From positions 1 through 33,874 of the forward strand of contig JBJKQX010000165.1 of NCBI GenBank assembly GCA_046704965.1: DNA of 33,874 bases, read 5' to 3'. The notes beneath the pieces are model-generated. The model made no database searches, was not told where the DNA came from, and worked only from the letters and a program-made list of their open reading frames with translations. The position numbers and the translations under genes were made by a program. This DNA is from Candidatus Binataceae bacterium (GTDB lineage Bacteria > Desulfobacterota > Binatia > Binatales > Binataceae). Below are positions 17,427-25,978 of the stretch, one piece after another (the stretch's first letter is position 1; every line of letters begins with the position of its first letter).

Positions 17427-18314
17427 ATGAAGTCTTCAATTGCGTCACGCCGCTCGATTGACGTGTGCCCTTCGCCCCGTTCGCTGAAACTCGCGGCTGG
17501 TACCACGATTCGCTTTCCCGCCCTGATGGCGGTTCTCAACGTGACGCCCGATTCGTTTTCGGACGGCGGGCGTTATTTCGATACTGACCGCGCGGTCGCT
17601 CACGGGCTCGAAATTGTTCGTTGCGGGGCGGATATTCTGGACGTGGGCGGTGAGTCGACGCGTCCCGGGGCGCGCGAAGTTCCAGCCGACGAGGAGATCA
17701 GGCGGGTCATCCCGGTTATCGAAGCGCTCGCAAGGCGCACTCGCGTGCCCATCTCGATCGACACGCGCAAGGCCGACGTGGCTCGGGCCGCGCTTGCGGC
17801 CGGCGCGGCGATCGTCAACGACACAAGCGGGCTGGGCTTCGACCCTGCGATGGCGGAAGTGGTGGTACGGGCGCGCGCCACTGTGGTGATCATGCATACG
17901 CGCGGAACGCCTGAGGCAATGATGCGGCTTGCGCGTTATCGTGATGTCGTGGAAGAAGTTCGTGAGTGGTTGAGGTCGCGGGCGCTGGCCGCGGAGAAGG
18001 CCGGCATTCGACGTTCGCGGATAATACTCGATCCGGGTCTGGGCTTCGCCAAGACTGCCACGCATAATCTGAAGATTTTGGCGGGCTTGCCCAGCATCTG
18101 CTCGCTCGGCTATCCGGTATTGGTTGGAGGGTCGCGCAAGAGTTTCATCCGCCGTATAGCGGGAGAGACGGCGAAGGCTCTCAGCTACGGAAGCGCGGCC
18201 GTAGACGCTATCGCGGTCAGAGCGGGAGCTTCGATTGTGCGGGTTCATGAGCCGGCTGGCACGCGGGCGGCGGTAATGATCGCGGCTGCGGTTGCGGGAC
18301 GCGGTCGGCTCTGA
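17427..18314 (+). CDS. folP: dihydropteroate synthase
   Basis: LMAVLNVTPDSFSDGG, DILDVGGESTRPGA, ISIDT, NDTSG, and VGGSRKSF motifs. The exact start is uncertain (ATG 17427, or an internal GTG/ATG up to 17526). Confidence 0.9.
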   Translation: MKSSIASRRSIDVCPSPRSLKLAAGTTIRFPALMAVLNVTPDSFSDGGRYFDTDRAVAHGLEIVRCGADILDVGGESTRPGAREVPADEEIRRVIPVIEALARRTRVPISIDTRKADVARAALAAGAAIVNDTSGLGFDPAMAEVVVRARATVVIMHTRGTPEAMMRLARYRDVVEEVREWLRSRALAAEKAGIRRSRIILDPGLGFAKTATHNLKILAGLPSICSLGYPVLVGGSRKSFIRRIAGETAKALSYGSAAVDAIAVRAGASIVRVHEPAGTRAAVMIAAAVAGRGRL

Positions 18315-18334
18315 GTGGAAGAAGTTTCTTTTCG

Positions 18335-19087
18335 ATGCATCATTATTTGCCCATACTGCCGGCGCCGAGATGGCAGGACGTCCTCGACATCCTGATCGTC
18401 GCTTACGTGGTCTATCGGATCGCGCTGCTGATCCGGGGAACGCGTACGATGCAGATGGTGGTGGGGATGGCGATAATCGGCGTGGCGTACGTCGCCTCCC
18501 AGGTTTTGGGCCTGTTTACCCTCAACTGGCTGCTGAATAATTTCCTCGGCTCCCTGTTCGTGATTCTCGTCGTGATCTTTCAGGCCGATATACGTCGAGC
18601 GCTCACGCGGGTTGGCGCCGGACCTTTCCTTGGCGCACGCGCTTCGGCGGCGGGTGTGGCCGAGGAATTGGCGATGGCGGCTGCATGGCTTTCGGCGCGA
18701 AGAATCGGTGCGCTGATAGTGATCGAGCAGGAGAACGGCCTCAACGAATTCGTTGAAACTGGGCGTTTGCTCTACAGCAAGTTGTCGGCCGAACTGCTCG
18801 AAACGATCTTCATGCGAGGGTCACCGCTTCATGACGGAGCCGTAATCGTCAAGGGAGATCAGGTGCTCGCGGCTTCATGCGTGCTTCCGCTATCGTCAAA
18901 CCCGAACGTAAGCCTCTCGCTTGGCACGCGTCATCGGGCGGCGATTGGCATGACCGAAGACACGGACGCATTGGTCCTGGTGGTGTCGGAAGAAGACGGG
19001 ACCATCTCGATTGCTCGAAACGGACAGCTCCAGCGCGGTCTGGAACCGTCTGAGATACTGGAAACTCTGCGAAGACTTCCGACATGA
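18335..19087 (+). CDS. cdaA: diadenylate cyclase CdaA (DacA), membrane-bound
   Basis: Three N-terminal TM helices and a DAC domain with the HDGAVIV (DGA) and GTRHRAAIG (RHR) motifs. Confidence 0.9.
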   Translation: MHHYLPILPAPRWQDVLDILIVAYVVYRIALLIRGTRTMQMVVGMAIIGVAYVASQVLGLFTLNWLLNNFLGSLFVILVVIFQADIRRALTRVGAGPFLGARASAAGVAEELAMAAAWLSARRIGALIVIEQENGLNEFVETGRLLYSKLSAELLETIFMRGSPLHDGAVIVKGDQVLAASCVLPLSSNPNVSLSLGTRHRAAIGMTEDTDALVLVVSEEDGTISIARNGQLQRGLEPSEILETLRRLPT

Positions 19088-20100
19088 GCGCTCCGGAGCA
19101 AAGAGGCGAAACCGGCGGCGGTTCGGAGCCGCGAAGGAACAACAGGCCTTCCCTGTTACAGGGCCTTTGGTCACGCATTCGGCGAAACCTTGGACTCAAG
19201 ATTCTCGCCTTTCTTATTGCGGTAAGTTTGTGGTCCTTTGTGAATGCCGGCCAACGCAGTGCGCTGGAAACAATCCAGGTGCCGGTCAGTTATCACTCGC
19301 TTCCGGCAGGACTCGCGATCGTCAATCATCCGGCAGGCTTCGTGAACGTCCAGGTGATGGGGCCACGAACTCTGCTGTCGCTGCTCGATCCTGAACACTT
19401 GGTTGTCAAGCTCGACTTGTCGTCAATTGGAGCCGGGCAGGCGTCGTTCAAGATAACGCCCTCGATGTTCGATGTGCCGCGCCAGGTCAGCGTGACTGGC
19501 GTGTCGCCGTCGCAGGTGATTCTGGACGTCGACAAGATAATTCGTCGTGACGTTCCGGTGCATATCGATGTCGAGGGAGAAGCAGCGCAGGGTTACAAGG
19601 TCCAGACCACGGAAGTCACTCCGAAGACTGTGCGGGTGATCGGGCCGAGCAAATATGTGAACGCTCTTCCGCAACTGGAGACCGATCCGGTCAACGTGAC
19701 CGGCGCCAATGCCACCTTTAGCCGTGGGATCGAAATCAAGACTCCGCGTATACCGGGGGTTGTGCTTTCCACCGTCAGGGTTCAGGCGAAGGTGGACATC
19801 GTTGAGAAGATCGGTGACCGCGAGTTTCACAACATCGGTGTCGTGGTGAAGGGCACCGATTTCAAATACGAGATTGAGCCCAAAACGGGCGCGGTCACGT
19901 TGCGCGGGCCGGTGCCGAAGCTGGAGCAGGTGAACTCAGACGGGTTGCTTTACGTGAACGCGGCTAATCTTGCACCGGGACTTCACTTCGTGTCGGTGCA
20001 AGTTAACCTGCCCAACGGCACACAGGTTGTGCGTCAGTCAGTCAACAAGGTTAAGCTGATAATTGATAGCGAAAAAGTTTCTTCCGGGACGGGTGGATGA
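19084..20100 (+). CDS. cdaR: CdaA regulatory protein CdaR (YbbR-domain repeats)
   Basis: N-terminal TM helix followed by repeated beta-rich YbbR-like units (V.V....P.G... patterns). ATGA overlap with cdaA, and position between cdaA and glmM. Confidence 0.75.
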   Translation: MSAPEQRGETGGGSEPRRNNRPSLLQGLWSRIRRNLGLKILAFLIAVSLWSFVNAGQRSALETIQVPVSYHSLPAGLAIVNHPAGFVNVQVMGPRTLLSLLDPEHLVVKLDLSSIGAGQASFKITPSMFDVPRQVSVTGVSPSQVILDVDKIIRRDVPVHIDVEGEAAQGYKVQTTEVTPKTVRVIGPSKYVNALPQLETDPVNVTGANATFSRGIEIKTPRIPGVVLSTVRVQAKVDIVEKIGDREFHNIGVVVKGTDFKYEIEPKTGAVTLRGPVPKLEQVNSDGLLYVNAANLAPGLHFVSVQVNLPNGTQVVRQSVNKVKLIIDSEKVSSGTGG

Positions 20101-21596
20101 GCACAGGTCGCAGGTTGTTCGGGACTGACGGTATCAGAGGCGTAGCCAACGAGGAACCGATCACGTCGGAGACCGCGCTCAAGCTCGGGCGGGCGCTCGC
20201 GCACGTTTTCAAGGATTCCGCGGGCCGTCACCGCCGCATCCTGATCGGCAAGGACACGCGGCTCTCGGGATACATGCTCGAGACCGCTATTGCCTCCGGA
20301 ATATGCTCGATGGGCGTGGACGTGCTGCTGGTCGGCCCTGTTCCCACGCCGGGAATCGCATTTCTGACTCGCAGCATGCGCGCCGACGCCGGGGTCGTGA
20401 TATCGGCCTCACATAATCCTTTTGAGGACAACGGTATCAAGTTCTTCTCGCACGAGGGCTTCAAGCTGGACGATGAGATAGAGCAGCGTATCGAGGCGCT
20501 CGTATTCGACGACAGCGCGCTAGCCCGGATGCGCGCTAGCGGCGGCGATATCGGCAAGGCCGCGCGAATCGATGACGCGCTCGGGCGCTACCTCGTATTC
20601 CTCAAGACCTGCGTTCCGCGCACGGTCACGTTCGACGGGCTCAAGGTGGCGATCGATTGTGCCAACGGCGCCGCGTACCGGGTCGGGCCGGAAGCGCTGG
20701 AAGAGCTTGGCGCGGAAGTGAGCGCGATCGGCGTGGAACCCGACGGCGTCAATATCAATCTCGGATGCGGCGCGGTTGATTTCGAGGCTCTGCGCGAGAA
20801 GGTGATACGCGAAGGGTGCGACGTCGGGATTGCGCTCGACGGCGACGGAGACCGCGCGATCCTGATTGACGAAAAGGGCGACGTGTTCGACGGCGACGAC
20901 GTGATGGCGCTGATGGCGCGGCGGATGGACCGCGCGGGAACGCTGCGCGACAGGACCGTGGTCGCGACCGTGATGAGCAATTTCGGTCTGGAGTTTTCGC
21001 TTGCAGGCGCGGGGCTCAAGCTGGTGCGCACCGAGGTCGGAGACCCGGCGGTGGTGCGTGAGATGCGCGCGAATTCGTACACGCTCGGCGGTGAGCAGTC
21101 GGGCCATATCGTCTTCATGGATTATTCGACTACCGGCGACGGCCTTATCACGGCGCTGATGGTGCTGTCCCAAATGGCGGAGTCGGGCAAACCACTCAGC
21201 GTGTTGCGCGCAATGCGGCGGATGCCGCAGGTGCTTGAGAATGTGCGCGTGCGCGAACGCGTGCCGCTCAGTGAGATGCCGGAAGTCACGGGCGTTATCG
21301 GCGAGGCTGAGCAGCGGCTGTCAGGAAACGGTCGGCTGCTGGTTCGCTATTCGGGCACCGAGATGCTTGCGAGGGTGATGGTCGAGGGCGAGGACCCGGC
21401 CGAGATAAGCGCGCTCGCCCGCGAAATCGGAGCGGCGATCCGCAAGCACGTCGGCGCGTTACAAAGTCAAGGCGACGTTCGGCGCGACGCGCCGGTAGTC
21501 TTGGCGCTCGCAACGCTTGCCTTCCCCTTTGCAAGCGCAGCCGGTTTCGACCCCAACGCCTTAAGATACATCCTCACGGTTCGCGTGATTCCGTAA
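20097..21596 (+). CDS. glmM: phosphoglucosamine mutase, with a roughly 50-aa non-homologous C-terminal ORF extension
   Basis: LFGTDGIRG, phosphoserine loop SASHNPFEDNGIKFF, DGDGDR, GGEQSGH, and RYSGTEMLARVMVEGED. Homology to known GlmM ends near ...AIRKHVG (about 21455). Confidence 0.9.
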   Translation: MSTGRRLFGTDGIRGVANEEPITSETALKLGRALAHVFKDSAGRHRRILIGKDTRLSGYMLETAIASGICSMGVDVLLVGPVPTPGIAFLTRSMRADAGVVISASHNPFEDNGIKFFSHEGFKLDDEIEQRIEALVFDDSALARMRASGGDIGKAARIDDALGRYLVFLKTCVPRTVTFDGLKVAIDCANGAAYRVGPEALEELGAEVSAIGVEPDGVNINLGCGAVDFEALREKVIREGCDVGIALDGDGDRAILIDEKGDVFDGDDVMALMARRMDRAGTLRDRTVVATVMSNFGLEFSLAGAGLKLVRTEVGDPAVVREMRANSYTLGGEQSGHIVFMDYSTTGDGLITALMVLSQMAESGKPLSVLRAMRRMPQVLENVRVRERVPLSEMPEVTGVIGEAEQRLSGNGRLLVRYSGTEMLARVMVEGEDPAEISALAREIGAAIRKHVGALQSQGDVRRDAPVVLALATLAFPFASAAGFDPNALRYILTVRVIP

Positions 21597-22285
21597 TAGA
21601 TGGCGTCGGTGATGAGCGCGTGTCCGATCGACACCTCGTCCAAACCACGCAAGGCTTTGACGTAGGTCGGAAGGTTGTCGAGATTGAGATCGTGTCCTGC
21701 GTTGAGTCCAAGCCCGACGCTCTTTGCGATTCGCGCGGCCTCGCGATGCTGCCGCAGGATCGCGTCACCCTGCGGCGTTCCGAACGCGCTTGCGTACGGC
21801 CCGGTGTAAAGCTCGACCCGGTTTGCGCCGATCGCTGCGGCGCAGCGTATCGTGTCGCCGTCGGGTTCGACGAAAAGGCTCACGCGCATCCCGCTGTCCG
21901 TCAGGCGTTTTATCACGTTGCGAAGCCAGGCGCTGCGCTTGCCGAGGTCCCATCCGCGATCCGACGTCAGCACTCCGGGCGCATCGGGCACCAGCGTCAC
22001 CTGGGTTGGCACTACGGTGCATACCAAATCGAGAAACTCCGGCGCCGGATAACCCTCGACGTTGAACTCAAGGCCGTATTCGCCTTGCGTCATGGCGCAT
22101 AGCTCGGCGACGTCGCGATGCGTGATATGGCGCGCGTCGGGTCGCGGATGCACCGTGATACCGTGGCATCCCGCCTTGATACAGGTGCGTGCGGCCTCAC
22201 GAACATTCGGAATATCGCCGCCACGCGAATTGCGCAGAAGAGCTATCTTGTTGACGTTTACGCTGAGACGGACCATCGGAGCCAT
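21467..22285 (-). CDS. pdxJ: pyridoxine 5'-phosphate synthase, with a roughly 30-aa C-terminal ORF extension
   Basis: LSVNVNKIALLRNSRG, ITVHPRPDARH, EFNVEGYP, LVPD, RVELYTGPYA, and NAGHDLNL motifs. It is the only minus-strand gene in the window. Confidence 0.9.
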   Translation of the reverse strand: MAPMVRLSVNVNKIALLRNSRGGDIPNVREAARTCIKAGCHGITVHPRPDARHITHRDVAELCAMTQGEYGLEFNVEGYPAPEFLDLVCTVVPTQVTLVPDAPGVLTSDRGWDLGKRSAWLRNVIKRLTDSGMRVSLFVEPDGDTIRCAAAIGANRVELYTGPYASAFGTPQGDAILRQHREAARIAKSVGLGLNAGHDLNLDNLPTYVKALRGLDEVSIGHALITDAIYYGITRTVRMYLKALGSKPAALAKGKASVASAKTTGASRRTSP

Positions 22286-22463
22286 ACCGCGCGCGAGTCT
22301 TAGAGGCCGGGTGATATCCGCGTGCCTGTGTCGTTCGCTCGCGCGTCTATCAACTCAGATTACAGTCGGCCGGTAGCTTAATCGAGGCCTGTTTCTGCAG
22401 GCACGATTGTCCACTGCGAGCGTGCGCGCAGTTTTGCTAACATGAATCGAGGCTGGACTACGT

Positions 22464-24020
22464 ATGAAACTTCTTAGCGCCTCGGAAAGTCGCGAACTCG
22501 ATCGCCTGAGCCAGGAGAAGTACGGCGTTGCGTCGTACTCGCTGATGACCAATGCTGGCGAAGCGGTAGCTCACGCGACGCTCGACCAATGCCGCGACGC
22601 GCTTGCCGCGGGCGTGTTGGTGGTGGCTGGCAAGGGCAACAACGGCGGCGACGGGATGGTTACTGCGCGCAAGCTTAAGCAGGAGGGCGTTGACGTTCGG
22701 ACTGTCCTGCTTGCCAAGGCTTCGCAATTGAAAGGCGACGCGGCCCGCGCGCACGGCGACCTGGTTGCCGCCGGCGGCTCGATCATCGAGGTCGATTCCG
22801 AGACCGCTGTTTCGCAAGAGTTGTCGCCTACCGCGGGCGTCGTAATCGACGCTGTTTTCGGCACGGGACTCAACGCCGAAGTTGCAGGAATGCCTCGCCG
22901 CGCGATCGACCTGATGAACTCGCTCGGAGTCCCGACGGTCGCGGTCGATATCGCGTCGGGCGTGAATGCCGACACCGGGGCGGTGATGGGCCTCGCGGTG
23001 CGAGCCTCGATGACCGTCACGTTCGGATTCGCCAAGTTCGGACACGTCTCGTATCCGGGTGCCGAAAGCTGCGGCGAGCTACGTGTGGTCGAGATCGGTT
23101 TCGCGCCCGCGGCCATCAATGATATCGCGCCACGCGGGCGTTTTCTTGAGGCGGACGATGTGCGCGCTCTCGTCGGGTCGCGCCCCGTCAACTCGCACAA
23201 GGGCCTGAACGGTCATCTGATGGTTGTCGCCGGAGGCCGGGGAAAAGGTGGTGCTGCGCTGCTTACCTCACGCGGTGCGTTGCGAACGGGAGCCGGCCTT
23301 GTGACGGCTGCGATTCCGGAATGTGTTGCGGCGATCGTCGCTTCGGGGCAGGCGGAACTGATGACCGAACCGATTCCTGAGCGGCACGGACATTTCGACG
23401 CCGACGCCGCGCTTGACGTGCTGGCCGACCTGGTCGAGGGCAAAGCCGCGCTGGCGGTAGGACCCGGAATTGGAGTCAGCGATGACACCCGGCGGCTGGT
23501 GGAATGGCTGATAGCGCACGGCGCTGCGCCTGAACGTCCGATGCTGCTGGATGCGGACGCGCTCAATGCGCTTGCGGAACTCGGATGCGAAAGACTTCGC
23601 GAAGCGCGGGGCGCGGTGGTTTTGACGCCCCATCCGGGCGAGATGGCGCGGCTGCTGGGAAGCTCGACCCGCGAGGTCAACGCCGATCGAATCAGCGCGG
23701 CGCAAAGGCTCTGCGAACTTACCGGCGCTGTCGTGTTGCTCAAGGGCGCGCGCTCCGTGATATGCGGCCCCGACGGTGACATTTACGTTAATTCGACCGG
23801 CAATCCGGGGATGGGTTCGCCCGGAATGGGTGATGCGTTGTCCGGGATGGTAGGCTCGCTGATGGGGCAGGGGCTCCGTCCAATCGACGCGCTCGCGCTT
23901 GGCGTTTTCGTCCACGGATACGCGGCGGACAGGGTTGCGCGACGGATCGGACGGGTGGGCTACCTGACCGGCGACCTGATAGATGAGATCCCGGCCGCGC
24001 TCGAAGCTCTTGCCTCGTAG
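22464..24020 (+). CDS. nnr: bifunctional NAD(P)H-hydrate repair enzyme (epimerase/ADP-dependent dehydratase)
   Basis: YjeF_N domain (GKGNNGGDG, DAVFGTGL) plus a carbohydrate-kinase-like C-terminal domain (HKGLNGHLMVVAGG, LDADAL, VLTPHPGE, GNPGMGSPGMGD). Confidence 0.9.
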   Translation: MKLLSASESRELDRLSQEKYGVASYSLMTNAGEAVAHATLDQCRDALAAGVLVVAGKGNNGGDGMVTARKLKQEGVDVRTVLLAKASQLKGDAARAHGDLVAAGGSIIEVDSETAVSQELSPTAGVVIDAVFGTGLNAEVAGMPRRAIDLMNSLGVPTVAVDIASGVNADTGAVMGLAVRASMTVTFGFAKFGHVSYPGAESCGELRVVEIGFAPAAINDIAPRGRFLEADDVRALVGSRPVNSHKGLNGHLMVVAGGRGKGGAALLTSRGALRTGAGLVTAAIPECVAAIVASGQAELMTEPIPERHGHFDADAALDVLADLVEGKAALAVGPGIGVSDDTRRLVEWLIAHGAAPERPMLLDADALNALAELGCERLREARGAVVLTPHPGEMARLLGSSTREVNADRISAAQRLCELTGAVVLLKGARSVICGPDGDIYVNSTGNPGMGSPGMGDALSGMVGSLMGQGLRPIDALALGVFVHGYAADRVARRIGRVGYLTGDLIDEIPAALEALAS

Positions 24021-24064
24021 CTGAGATATAATTGCAACGCAGTGGACACAGGTCCCCTCGAACG

Positions 24065-24595
24065 ATGACCGGAATATCCACATCTTCGCCGGACGATGCA
24101 CCGGAAGCGACGCTCGTCGTTGAAAGCGGTTCGGCCCGCGAGACAAAGGCGTGGGGGCGTCGGCTTGCCTCGCTGCTGAAAGGCGGCGAGCTTTTGGGAT
24201 TTACGGGAGAGCTGGGCGCCGGGAAGACCTGCTTCATCAAGGGACTGGCTCGTGGGCTGGCGTTGCGCGAACAGGACATCCTGAGCCCCACCTTCACTAT
24301 GATCCAGGAGCATCATGGGCGATTCGCGCTTTACCATATCGACCTTTATCGTCTCGAGACCGCGAGTCTCGACGATCTGGGTTTGCGCGAGTACCTGTTT
24401 TCTCCCGGTATCGCTGCGGTTGAATGGTTCGAGCGGTTGAGAGAAGCCGACGAGATCGATTTTATGTCAATAACGATGAGTTATGCCGGGGCCAACAATC
24501 GACGGATTGGGTTTCGGGCAAGCGGGCCGCGCCACTCGGGCCTCGTGCTTGAGCTCGGTCGGCGCTTCGCGAAGACTGCGCCGAGCAGATCGTGA
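24065..24595 (+). CDS. tsaE: tRNA t6A37 biosynthesis ATPase TsaE
   Basis: P-loop GELGAGKTCFIKGLARGL, SPTFTMIQEH, and HIDLYRL motifs. The ATG at 24065 is preferred over the listed TTG at 24032. The nnr-tsaE adjacency matches yjeF-yjeE of E. coli. Confidence 0.85.
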   Translation: MTGISTSSPDDAPEATLVVESGSARETKAWGRRLASLLKGGELLGFTGELGAGKTCFIKGLARGLALREQDILSPTFTMIQEHHGRFALYHIDLYRLETASLDDLGLREYLFSPGIAAVEWFERLREADEIDFMSITMSYAGANNRRIGFRASGPRHSGLVLELGRRFAKTAPSRS

Positions 24596-24668
24596 ACGCT
24601 TGCCGGAAGACTGCGGCGAACGCTGCCCGCGCGGGTGGAAATCATCCGTTTTGCGACACGGCCCTCTG

Positions 24669-24717
24669 GTTTGCGCGGCAATTTCCCCACATAATGAAGG
24701 TTTACGCGCAAACTTTT
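24669..24717 (+). terminator. inverted repeat plus T-tract between tsaE and lysC (terminator or lysC leader element)
   Basis: GTTTGCGCG (24669-24677) pairs with CGCGCAAAC (24705-24713), followed by TTTT. The 27-nt loop is large for a classical terminator. Confidence 0.3.
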
Positions 24718-24736
24718 ACCCTTTAGGCTCCTTTCG

Positions 24737-25975
24737 ATGAGTTTGGTCGTTCAAAAATACGGTGGCACTTCGGTGGGCTCGGTCGAGCGTATCAAGGCGG
24801 TGGCCGAACGCGTGGCGCAGGCCCGCAATCGTGGAGACGCGCTGGTGGTGGTTGTTTCTGCCATGGCGGGTGAAACGAATCGCCTGTTCAAGCTTGCCGA
24901 GGAACTGAGCGAGATGCCCAGCGCGCGAGAGACCGATGCACTGGTCGCGACCGGAGAACAGGTTTCCGCGGCGTTACTCGCGATTCGGCTTGAGTCGCTC
25001 GGCTGTCCCAGTGTTTCGTTCCTTGCCCATCAGCTGAGAATCTACACGGATTCCAATCATGGTCGCGCCCGTATCAGGTCGATTGAGGCCGAGCGTGTAA
25101 AGCAGGCGCTCGACCAGGGAAAGATTGCCGTGGTCGCCGGGTTTCAGGGAGTCGATCCGCTCGGCGATATCACCACGCTCGGTCGCGGTGCTTCCGATTT
25201 GACCGGGGTTGCCCTGGCTGCGGCGCTGAAGGCCGACATGTGCGAGATTTGCACGGACGTGGATGGCGTCTATACGGCCGATCCGAATGTCGTCCCGGGA
25301 GCAAGGAAGCTCGATAGAATCTCGTATGACGAAATGATGGAGATGGCCGGGCTCGGTGCGAAGGTGCTGCAGATTCGCTCGGTCGAACTCGCTCAAAGAA
25401 ATAAGGTACCGCTCGTGGTTCGTTCCAGTTTCAGTGACGCGGAGGGAACCTGGGTAGGTGAAGAGGATCCTTCAATGGAGGACATTCTTGTTTCGGGTGT
25501 TACGCTCGATCAGAAGCAGAGCAAGATAACCGTCTCGGGCGTGGAGGACCGCCCCGGCCTCGCGGCGAAGATTTTGGGCCCGATCGCCGGCAGCGGAATC
25601 GTAGTCGACATGATTATTCAGAACGCGAGCGCCGAAGGCCGCACCGACATGACCTTCACCGTGGGCCGCGACGATCTGCGCCGGGCACTGGAGGAAGTTA
25701 CGCGGGTGGCGGGCGAGATCGGAGCCGCGGGAATCAGCCACGAGGACCCCGTCGCCAAGGTTTCGATCGTCGGACTCGGGATGAGGACGCACGCAGGCGT
25801 GGCGGCCAGGATGTTCCAGGTGCTGGCGGACGAGCGCATCAACATAGAAATGATCGCGACTTCGGAGATAAAGATTTCGGTCGTGGTGAATGCCAGGTAC
25901 GGCGAGCTTGCGATGCGCGCCCTGCATGACGCATTTTTTGGTGACGACTCGAAAGATGTATCGGAGACTGTTTGA
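24737..25975 (+). CDS. lysC: aspartate kinase (monofunctional, two C-terminal ACT domains)
   Basis: VVQKYGGTSVGS, VVVVSAMAGETN, GFQG, LGRGASD, and CEICTDVDGVYTADP motifs. ACT repeats at the C-terminus. Confidence 0.95.
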   Translation: MSLVVQKYGGTSVGSVERIKAVAERVAQARNRGDALVVVVSAMAGETNRLFKLAEELSEMPSARETDALVATGEQVSAALLAIRLESLGCPSVSFLAHQLRIYTDSNHGRARIRSIEAERVKQALDQGKIAVVAGFQGVDPLGDITTLGRGASDLTGVALAAALKADMCEICTDVDGVYTADPNVVPGARKLDRISYDEMMEMAGLGAKVLQIRSVELAQRNKVPLVVRSSFSDAEGTWVGEEDPSMEDILVSGVTLDQKQSKITVSGVEDRPGLAAKILGPIAGSGIVVDMIIQNASAEGRTDMTFTVGRDDLRRALEEVTRVAGEIGAAGISHEDPVAKVSIVGLGMRTHAGVAARMFQVLADERINIEMIATSEIKISVVVNARYGELAMRALHDAFFGDDSKDVSETV

Positions 25976-25978
25976 GCG

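Noticed and set aside
22380-22453. 9-nt direct repeat AATCGAGGC (22380-22388 and 22445-22453) and a CGCGCGAG/CTCGCGCG inverted repeat in the pdxJ-nnr divergent spacer
   Set aside because: These could be operator sites, but such short GC-rich matches are plausible by chance. I cannot support a regulatory call without comparative data.
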